A stretch of DNA of 63,602 nucleotides, the filler included, from Neolecta irregularis DAH-3 (Eukaryota): assembly GCA_001929475.1 (NCBI GenBank). It is 6 parts of 6 records of this genome, joined end to end, with 100 filler letters (N's around TTAATTAATTAA, not from the genome) between each part and the next. Parts side by side here need not be neighbours in the genome. Positions count along the whole stretch, not along the records: positions 1 to 23,315 come from LXFE01000156.1; 5 more parts are not named here. One strand, given 5' to 3'. Below the pieces are notes generated by a model, which was not told the DNA's origin, made no database searches, and saw nothing but the letters and a program-made list of their open reading frames with translations. A program made the position numbers and the translations under genes. Below, piece after piece: positions 1-9,484 of this stretch. The stretch's first letter is position 1, and every line of letters starts with the position of its first letter.

Positions 1-647
1 GGCCCATTGCCAACACTGGCCGGGAGCTAGTCTTTTGCAGCAGCGAAAATACAACCTTTTATTCTCTCTTTACCTTATCATCCCCTATCACTCAATCTTC
101 AACACACCCTCCCTCTTCTCTCTCTACCTCATATCACTCAAACTATCACCGTTTTTCCAAAACAAAGTTATCTAAATATTCCCTGAACCTCCCTCCCTGA
201 CTTGCAACCTTCCTGTTACATGTTCCGAGATGCATTTGGCACGTCAAGTGTCATTCTGCAAGCATACATCTCTTATTAGTTTGTCACATGCCTGCGCAAA
301 CAAGTATACTTTTAAATAAAAGCAAATCTTGAGCAAGTTGGAAGGACAAGGACCAAAGGTATATCTTGAATACAATATAAATAGGAAAGAAGATCAATCC
401 GGTCAACGATGGAGATATCTGAAGGTGCGAGAACAAGAGTAATTCCGAATAAAAGTAAATCCAGCGCCGAGTGAAATGCCAAGGACCGAAAATAATCTCA
501 TAAACGAGGTAAGCCAATAATCTCAAACAATCCTTTAAAGTGCGCGTAAATTAGGCCCAAGGTATATAAATAGCAAACAAGACAACCCGGTCAATCGATA
601 TAAATAATGGGAGAATCAACAATATAGAATCTGCCAATAGATAGAAA

Positions 648-895
648 TTGATAAAACAAGTTTCATACAAATCACAAATTCAATTACTCGGCAACATCCT
701 CGACGGTTAAACTACAAACTTGATAAACAAGTGTTATACAAATCACAAACCCAATAAATCGGCAACATCCTCAACGGATAAACTTCAACATGATAAAACA
801 AGTTTCAAACAAATCACAAACTCGATTATACTCGAATCACTCGGTCGACACATCAAAAAATAACTTGATAAAGCAAGTCTCGTAATAGTAATCAA
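648..895. repeat. Degenerate tandem repeat, about 71-bp unit, 3.5 copies
   Basis: Units begin (T)TGATAAA(A)CAAG at about 648, 720, 791 and 865; ACAAATCACAAA and TCGGCAACATCCTC recur. Confidence 0.8.
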
Positions 896-1185
896 GTCAA
901 AAGACCTGCTTTGAATGATATATACAAAAAGACCAAGAACTAGTGAAAAAAGAAGGAAAAGCATATCTAGGATATACGAAAAGCTCGGTCAAGAACGGAA
1001 AAAGGGGTATAAATGAATACACCGAGACTCGTTTAAGAGGACGAAACAATAAGATGACGGTGGCGGGAGTAATACAAAAATAAAAGAAGGGTATCGATAG
1101 CCAAATAAAAAAATATTTCCGGACCGGAAATAAGATATGAATCGAAAAAGAAGATGGTCGGGCTGTGGATTGCAGGATGGAGGAT

Positions 1186-2377
1186 TTAGTTGGATAGAAC
1201 GATGTGGGCTTTACCAGCTGTAAGACTGGCAGTACAACCGCTATTTCCATTTGTATTCCCACCGAACTGGCCGTTTGAAATAGAGCATGCACCATTGACG
1301 GTAGATCCGGGTGCAGCCACTATTTGTGCATTGAAATTTATTTTTGAAGAGGTTAGTGGATTAGCAATCAGCGAGACGTATGTGATTCCGTCTGAAGTGC
1401 CTGCGCCTACATTCAACGGGGCCCAATTTCCTAGATTCTGAGAAGAGGAGCCCCAGACACAGCCTTCAGTGATGGCGATGCCGGCAGAGTTCACATAGTA
1501 TTGTGTTGAAGTGGGTTTGCCGTTCCACTTGAAGTAGCTGCTTTGGTCTGGGACAGAGAGCGGTTGAGTTTCGCCAGGGGCGATGCTTACTGGACGGACC
1601 ATGTTTTCTGTGCCGGGGTAGTCTGTGGCGCAGAAGACGACCTGTTGGGAGAGGTTGTTTACAACGTAGACGGTATCCGTGCCCCATTCGCAGAGGTAGG
1701 GGGACCTGTCAGGGGAGGTGAGGGTGAGAACCCCGTTTTTGCAGAGCAGGCCGCCGACGGAGGCGCCGTTTGCAGGCTGCGATGCCGGCCATTGTGTTTT
1801 GAGCATTCCGGCCTGGCAAGCATAGGAGCAGTAGACGCCTTCCGAACAGGCGGAGGCTGGGGAGTGAGCGGGGCAGGACAGGGAGAGGGGAGATACGGTT
1901 GAGGCCGCCCGGGTTCTGGAGGCCGGCCCAGCCGCCGAGATTGAGCCAGGCGAGGTTGAGGACGCCGGGCTGGTCGCCGGGAAAGGACGAGCAGGGGATG
2001 GAGTTGTCGGGGAAGGGTGTGGCGGGCGGGGCGAAGAGGCCGAGGAGGGCCTGGGCGAGGGCACTGACGACGGGGTCTGAGGAGCCGACGGGGGAGGTGG
2101 CGGCGGAGGATGGATGGGGCGTGTGGGCGGCCGGCGGGGTGGTGCCGGAGGCCTGAGGGGCGGCGCGGGAGGAATAAACAGCGGACGAGGACAAAGCAGC
2201 AGCAGCAGCCTCAGGAGCGGGTGCCGGGGTGTGCGAGGGCCGCGCAGTCTCGGTGACATAGACGACGACGGTCTCGATTTTGACGCCGTCGTGGTTGCGC
2301 GGGTGCAGGTGATGGCGGTGCCGGGCGAGCGGCGAGGCGGAGGCGGCGAGAGCAAGAGCGAGCAAGGAGAGCAGCAT
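1186..2377 (-). CDS. SUN-family secreted beta-glucanase/cell-wall protein (Sun4/Uth1/Psu1-like), 2 exons
   Basis: Signal peptide [14 protein letters not shown] and an Ala/Ser/Pro-rich linker; intron 1857-1896 (GT..CAG) joins to the SUN domain [41 protein letters not shown]. Confidence 0.93.
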
Positions 2378-2560
2378 TGAAGGAGTGGGCAGAGCAGGCA
2401 GGCTGAGACTGGGTCTGGGTGAGTGGGAGAGAGCGCGGCAGGGGCGGCAGTGTTTTTTTTGCAGCGGCCAGGAATGCCCCGCCCTTTTCTACCCGCCGCG
2501 GAACGGAGGGGCCTGTGCGTGTCTTGCTGCGGCACGCTGATCTCCATACATAACTCTGGG

Positions 2561-2678
2561 TGTCTGTCTGTCTATCTGTCTATCTCTCTCTCTCTCTAGC
2601 TATCTCTCTGTATCCATCTATCTCTCTGTACCATCGTATGCCCCGTATCCATCATATCCATCGTATCCATCCATCTAC
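2561..2678. repeat. Low-complexity (TC)n/ATCT/ATCC microsatellite
   Basis: Directly visible TCTA/TC/ATCC runs. Confidence 0.7.
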
Positions 2679-3171
2679 ATGTCCCGCTCCCCCTATTTCC
2701 ACCCCTCCCCCGATCAATCCATCTCCTCCTATTGCAATACTGTCCTCCTTCTCTGCTGCCAGATCCCGCCCGGCCACGTCGCCTCCTACAAGGCCATCGC
2801 CCTCGCCCTCCATTCCTCTCCCCGCGCTGGTCTGCCCTTTCTCTCCCCCCTGACCTTGCAGTAGGAAACGCTCTCAAGCACAACCCCTTCTCCCCAACTG
2901 TCCCCTGCCACAGAGTAATCGCCACAGACGGCTACATCGGCGGTACCCCGCCCTTTAATTCCTTCAATTAATTCGCTCAGGCTTCAAGGGCGGATGGGGC
3001 ATCCACTCCCACTCCTGCAAATCAAAACTCCTTCTCCTCGAAAATGAAAACGTCCATTTCGACAACAAAGGTCGCATCATCAATCCTAAATTCTTTACCG
3101 CCTTTGACACTGCTGCTTTGTCCACGCGTGTCCTTCCTGTACACAAAGCGTCGCGCCCCTCCGATAATTAA
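2679..3171 (+). CDS. O6-alkylguanine-DNA alkyltransferase (MGMT/Ogt DNA-binding domain), 3 exons
   Basis: QIPPGHVASYKAIA..SPRA|VGNALKHNP..VPCHRVIATDGYIGG|FKGGWG; two introns of about 30-40 nt (near 2830-2860 and 2943-2980). Confidence 0.85.
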
Positions 3172-3421
3172 CATTATCCTACATACATACATACATTCAA
3201 TGAATTAAAACATTACCATGACTATAAATATATAAATATATAATTTGATCCATGTTTTGTTGATCCTACCTATTGTTATACTGCCATGGTTGGAATCTGA
3301 CCCGTTGGACATGATTCTCTCCACCAGGCAATGTCGCCTTGAATTTTTTATGAATAGATATTCCATATGAAATTAAAATATTAGTCGTGGCTATGAATAC
3401 AATGTAACTCTTTATTATTAA

Positions 3422-3517
3422 TTATCCGATACGATGGTTGATAGTCTTTATCTGAGGGTTGGATAATCTTTATCACGTTGTTGGAGAAACTTTATCAGAC
3501 AGTTGGTTATATCAGAC
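3422..3517. promoter_or_regulatory. Cluster of GATA elements upstream of NFS1
   Basis: TTATCCGAT, TGATAG, TTATCTGAG, GGATAA, TTATCA, TTATCAGAC and ATATCAGAC within 96 bp. Confidence 0.45.
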
Positions 3518-3656
3518 GATCGCTATTTATAAGTAATAGACTCGCTGTAAAAATAAAGTCAAAACATTACACATTACATAATATGGTGGTGGAGATTATT
3601 CTTCAACTTCATATCTGATTTCTGCCCTCCAATATTCATTCAGTCGCCACCTCGCA

Positions 3657-5292
3657 ATGTTCCCTTGTCGAATGCTCTCCCGCCGTCTCCGTCCTCTAAT
3701 GAGGACAATGGTGACTGTCTCCCGGACAAGTGAAGCAACAGTCCAAATAGGCAAGGGCGTCTCCTTGTCTCCTATAAACGCAGCAATCTCCCAATCTACC
3801 ATTTCTCAATCTGGAAATCGTCCAATATATCTCGATATGCAAGCGACGACACCAACAGATCCCAGAGTCCTCGATGCCATGCTCCCGTTTTATTCAGGTT
3901 TATATGGAAACCCACATTCGCGCACACACGCTTATGGCTGGGAATCTGAAAAAAGTGTGGAAAAGGCCCGAGAACATGTTTCTGCGTTAATCGGCGCCGA
4001 CCCCAAAGAGATTATATTCACATCAGGAGCAACTGAATCAAACAACGCATCAATAAAAGGTGTCGCTCGATTCTATGAATCTAAAAAGAAACATATAATC
4101 ACTACAAACACCGAACACAAATGTGTCCTTGACTCTTGCCGAGTCCTTCAAGACCAAGGTTTCGACGTGACCTTTCTTCCCGTGCAATCCAACGGCCTCG
4201 TTTCACTAAGCGATTTGGAAGCTGCTATTCGTCCAGATACAAGTCTAGTCTCGATAATGACTGTCAACAATGAAATCGGGGTAATTCAACCAATTCAGGA
4301 AATCGGTTCAATCTGTCGAAAACATAAAGTATTCTTTCATACAGACGCTGCCCAAGCCGTAGGGAAAATACCGGTTGACGTGAATAAATTCAACATTGAT
4401 TTAATGAGTATCTCAAGTCATAAGATTTATGGACCAAAAGGTATTGGGGCAGTTTACGTTCGCAGAAGACCTCGAGTTAGAATTGAACCACTTATTAGTG
4501 GCGGCGGTCAAGAACGTGGATTAAGAAGTGGAACATTGGCGCCTGCTCTAGTCGTTGGTTTTGGCGAAGCTTGCAAGATTGCAAAAGAGGAACTCGAGGT
4601 ATTTTCTTTTTCTTCTTTTTTTCTGGCAAAAGAGCTTGATGATGATAATGGGTGCCAACCTTTGTGCTAATAAACCTCTTTTTTCCCGTGTGGACTTTAG
4701 GTTTATCATGCGCTTTTGTGCAGGGGTTCCGAGAGACTTTTCGTTTGCTCTCTTTTACTTTTCACTTTGTTTTATCTACTGACGCAGTAGTATGACCATC
4801 AACATGTTTCCCGATTATCCAAACATCTTTTAGAGGGTCTCACATCAATTCCACACGTCGTTTTAAACGGAGACAAAGACAGCCATTATCCTGGCTGCGT
4901 AAACGTATCATTTGCTTATATCGAAGGAGAATCACTCCTCATGGCTCTCAAGGTATATCTTGTCTTGATCTCCCGTTTGTAACGTATGCAGGATGTAGCG
5001 CTGAGTTCAGGCTCCGCTTGTACATCTGCATCCCTTGAACCTTCCTACGTCCTCAGAGCACTCGGCGCAGACGACGATATGGCTCATTCATCCATCCGTT
5101 TCGGCATTGGTCGTTTCACTACTGAAGCCGAAGTACTTGTCCTCTTTTCTATTCACGAGCTAATCAGTTTAGATTGACCACGTCGTAAATTTGGTAAAGA
5201 GTAAAGTCGACTTTTTAAGAGAATTGTCTCCGCTTTGGGAAATGGTGCAGGAAGGTATAGATCTCAAATCAATTCAGTGGAGTCAGCATTAA
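3657..5292 (+). CDS. NFS1: Mitochondrial cysteine desulfurase, 4 exons (introns 4599-4790, 4953-4991, 5133-5172)
   Basis: [12 protein letters not shown]-lysine motif [28 protein letters not shown]-terminal IQWSQH; Arg-rich presequence. Confidence 0.97.
4627..4741 (+). ncRNA. Candidate intronic box C/D snoRNA, predicted U6 2'-O-methylation guide
   Basis: C box ATGATGA 4639-4645, D-like CCGA 4729-4732, closing stem AAAAG..CTT / GAG..CTTTT; guide TTTTGTGCAGGGGTT 4714-4728 is antisense to U6 GGCCCCUGCACAAGG. Confidence 0.6.
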
Positions 5293-6011
5293 TTGATTCT
5301 TTTCAACTATGTTTTTCTTTGTATAGTCTTGTTTCTGCTTTTTCGGGTGGGTATGAAAAAATGTGTATCGTATTATTCTCGGGATAGCATTTGTGATATC
5401 TTCACGAAAAGATTGACGGAAGGAAAATTCTCGTCTGTATACGACATATCAACATCTCATCTTGAATTGTAATATTAAATATCATTTTATATTCGAGCGA
5501 TAGCCATATTTCTTGTATCGGAAACTAAAGATGGATTGGAATTCATGGTTTAAAGGTGGTTGTGATATGACGTTTTGATAATATGTGTGCACTTAATACA
5601 TACATTCACAAGTCAAGTATCACGAATTACAACAGAACCGCTAACCCTAATCACTTTGTTATATGCAGTTCAAACAGACATAGATGTCGAGTTACCGATA
5701 CATGGTGCTTTGGTGCTCGCTGTTTACGACACTTAGTATGGGAAGGAAGCATGTAAAACGTCATCGACAACCGTGAGTATGTATACATTCAACACCAACT
5801 ATGTACCCATTTTCACTCGATGCCTCGGTCTCGAGGTTCTTCGTCCATCTCATCTGTTTCGATGCCTACATCAGAGTTTAGCTTTGAAGAGATACTTATT
5901 CGTAAAACGGTTTATCGAGAGCTGGCGCTTTGTTGATTTATTTAGGATATCGAGGCTATATCTCAAGCTGACGAACCATCGAGCGATGATGATTCTGTTG
6001 AAATCGGTTCT

Positions 6012-6680
6012 GTGGAGAAATTACTCGAGTCTTTAAAGATTACTTTGTTGCGTGAAGATGACGAACCGGAATACGTTGATTCTTTTGTGATGGCGACAGA
6101 TACGTCTTTTGCAAACGATTTATCAGTAGAAAATATCTCTCAAATTGATAAAGCATCGATCGGTAGCCTTCGAACATTAATTCAAGTCCTCTACAACGAC
6201 ATTCAGAAATCCAGAAATCGAGAGAAAGAACTTGAAGAGAATCTCAAAGGTACAACAACAGTAATTGAAAAGCTTCAAATCGGAAAAACTAAACTTGCGG
6301 AGAAATGCGTGGATTTAGGGCACCAAGTCTTCCAACTCGAGAGGCTAGTCGCACATTTCAGTAACACACGGGCCGTTATGAAAGGATACCGCAATTTGAT
6401 GATTGGTCAATATGACAACGCGCGGATAATTAAAGCGTTGCAAGATCGAGTCCAGGAGTGGACGGTTGAAGTATACCAATTTCGTGAAGCAAGTGAGGCC
6501 ACCATTCGGTACCTTGAACAAAGATGTCGAAATCTCTCGGTTTATGGCGATGAAATGAAAAAGCGGCTAGACCAAGCGCTTTTGTACGCCTTTAGGACCC
6601 CATTGGAGCAGAGGCAGGGAGCTCATTATCTCGAGGAGAAACCTCGGTTCATCAAAGATTCTGCCGGATCGCTGTTGTAA
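6012..6680 (+). CDS. Hypothetical coiled-coil protein (last exon; upstream exons probably from about 5684)
   Basis: 222-aa open frame with heptad-like composition; splice-like signals upstream. Confidence 0.55.
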   Translation: MEKLLESLKITLLREDDEPEYVDSFVMATDTSFANDLSVENISQIDKASIGSLRTLIQVLYNDIQKSRNREKELEENLKGTTTVIEKLQIGKTKLAEKCVDLGHQVFQLERLVAHFSNTRAVMKGYRNLMIGQYDNARIIKALQDRVQEWTVEVYQFREASEATIRYLEQRCRNLSVYGDEMKKRLDQALLYAFRTPLEQRQGAHYLEEKPRFIKDSAGSLL

Positions 6681-7074
6681 GAAACCATTGTGTTGGATGG
6701 ATGGCCCGTATTTGAAGAGCGTTATAGATAAAGTACCTCTCATAGCGATATTGTGTGATACCTATTTGAGAGTCGTAGTTGAAGTAGGTGATTAATTTGT
6801 CTGATTACCGAAGTTGGGCTTATTATTAGGCCAAGAAGCACTTTTTGAAGGTGTTTTTTTCCTGTTTAAAGACCAGCCAATAAACACATTCCAGTATTCC
6901 GAACAAGAAATAGTTTCAGAATTTATCCATGGCTGAGCAAATCATGACGTTACCAGGAACACCGAAAAAAACGCACGTGTAACGAATAAGGCAAAACGCT
7001 TACATAATGTACTCCCATTGCGCCCAGCTTGCATTTCCTGATTTGCGGCCTCTTATTTCGCATTCGCCACAAAA

Positions 7075-7997
7075 ATGTCTAATACCTGTTGCCCGACCAC
7101 AATTCCTCCGGTCGTTGGAAGCAACTACCAGACAAAGGGAACTCATTTGACTGCAGATAACGTAACATACTATTCAGTAGGGAAGAAAAACTCTGAAACG
7201 GCATTAATTTGCTTTTATGACATTTTTGGTCTTCAGATTGTAGGCCACATCTCTCTGCGGATCCAAGCCTGACCTGGACAGCCTACATTACAGGGAGCTG
7301 ACATACTCTCTGCAGCTCTTGGATGTAGGTATGTCAGTCATAGCATGAATTTTATTGATAGGTAGAGTTATCATGCCCGATTTTTTCAAGGGAAATGCTT
7401 GGCCCTTGTCCAACTTTCCTCCTAGCGATCAAGGCGAGTTCAAGAAATGGCTTGAACCTTTTTATTATCCCGGAATCCAAAGTATAATCTCGCAATTCGT
7501 TGACATGGCGAGGAATGACGGTGCCAAGAAGATTGGTAAATTTCTTTTCTTTGAGATAAGCTAATTGGACAGGTGCATACGGATTCTGCTGGGGTGGAAA
7601 GATGGTTGTAAAGACGGGGAAGACGTTTGCTGCTATTGCCCTGTGTCATCCTGCCTTTATCACCGGCGAAGACGCAGCAGGGGTCGAGGTTCCTCTTGCC
7701 CTCTTTCCCAGGTACACAATGACTCTTGGTCGTCCAACTAATTACCAGCGATAATGAAAACAAAGCAGATATGGATTTATTCTGGAGCAAACTTGAATCT
7801 AAATCGTTTTACGATAAATGTGTGCGAAAGGATTACAAGGCTGAAGGAGCACATCATGGATTCATGGCTGCTCGTGCAGACTGGTATATTCAACAGATGG
7901 AGTCACGACTAATATTACTAGGGACAACCCAGAGAACAAAAAGAAGGCTACAGACGCTTACGGTGTTCTGGTTACATTTTTCAAAAATGCGCTTTGA
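7075..7997 (+). CDS. Dienelactone hydrolase family protein, multi-exon
   Basis: CCPT..YQTKG, YDIFG, MPDFF, nucleophile motif GFCWGG, HHGFMAARA. Confidence 0.88.
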
Positions 7998-8426
7998 AAT
8001 AGGATTTTGTATAAAGATTTGAATCGTTATCACCTTTGAACAAAATTCTTAATTTTTACCAAACTGGCCCCAGGCATCACTATTGTCTACTTGGTCATAC
8101 ATGTAAGTTGCTGGAGAAAGAAATGGGGTTCAGTCCGGAGCGTTATGCCGGAAGCAAAGATACAGTGCAATTTGTCTCTGACAGTACTGGTCGCCTCAGA
8201 GCTGAATCCATCTAATTTGATTGACATGGAGCCTTGCTATGAACAATGGCGTTAAAAAAGGAGTCTGGAAATCTTCCAGCATGTGACGAAGATGATGCAA
8301 GTCAACAAATATATGAGCAATTCATTTTGGAGATTCCATTTCATTCCATCTTTGGATACGTAATTATTCTTGGAAAACTGCGTGTCACTCTATATAACTG
8401 AATTCGACCTCTTACCCAATTATGTT

Positions 8427-9221
8427 TTATAGCTCATGCTTTGCTTCGAAGTCCGTTGGTTCAACTTTATTTCCAGTAAGGAGATTCTCGACATCTTTGG
8501 CAATTGACTCTGGTTTCGCAGTCGAAGCATAACGATTGACTACCTACCACTGTTAATCGCTGATTATCTGATGTGTCATGAACATTGCCATTTTTGTCAA
8601 CCAAGAACTTTTCTTATCGCATTAGAACAATGTGAAAGATTCAGGGTTTACCAAAGTTCCATTTAATTCTCTTTAATCCAAGTAATCCAGCTCTTTAAAG
8701 TCAACATCAAGGGGGATAACAGAAGGCCGCACTTTTTATCCTTCAACCAGCCAAATACGGCGTCCTCTTTATCTCCATTGACGTCAATTTTTCCTAAAAC
8801 TGGAAACGAAACACCATAGTTCACTTGGCAGAACTGTTGGATTTCGTTGTTGGTCCCAGGTTCTTGGGATCCAAATTGGTTTGAAGGAAACCCAATTATC
8901 GTCTATCGTCTAAACTTCCAACCTTTACCCAAGACGACATACAAATCCTTGGTCTTTATATTTTTTGTATATCTCTTCAAGACCTTTGTATTGCTACATG
9001 GTCAGTCATTCAAGTAAGAGGAACGGCAAAGATACAGAGGTAAATCCACATTTGGAAGCAACATTGACGATAAGAACTACATGGTCCTTTAATTGAGCGA
9101 AGCTGAACTGTTCGCCTTTCGCATCGGCAGGCGCAAAATCGTAAAATGAAGCAGCAGAGGCCATTTGGAGGAGGAGCAATAATATGGCTAGAATGAGAAA
9201 AAAGGCGGCGTTTGCGGGCAT
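8427..9221 (-). CDS. Cys-type glutathione peroxidase (Gpx1/Hyr1-like); alternative start at 9164
   Basis: VLIVNVASKCGFT, GFPSNQFGSQEPG, FCQVNYGVSFP, IKWNF|EKFLVD; ends AKHEL*. Confidence 0.93.
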
Positions 9222-9484
9222 TTTGTACCCGACCTGTCCTACTTGATAAATGACGTAGATTTAATGAGGGATCCCGAGAATCCGGCCCTTGCTTCTTTGT
9301 TCTTACCGATTACTGTAGATACATAGAACATGGCGCAACTTTGCAATCTGCAGGTTGATACTAGTTTAGCAGTAGACTCTATGATGACGCAACAAGCAAT
9401 ATTCTACTCTATGCATGTCGACGATGAACGGGTATTAAATAGTTAGACAAAAATATAATTCTCCAAGTGGGAAACCGCAGCCAG

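Noticed and set aside
648-895. CRISPR-like periodic repeat
   Set aside because: Eukaryotic context, whole units are similar (no unique spacers), and no cas genes.
1186-2547. 453-aa ORF suggesting a frameshifted or Pro-rich SUN protein
   Set aside because: A 40-nt GT-AG intron at 1857-1896 joins the signal-peptide frame to the SUN domain; no recoding is needed.
4712-4730. Resemblance of CTTTTGTGCAGGGG to the U4 snRNA 5' end
   Set aside because: No downstream U4 kink-turn stem-loop, stem I element or Sm site; a C/D guide explains the U6 complementarity better.
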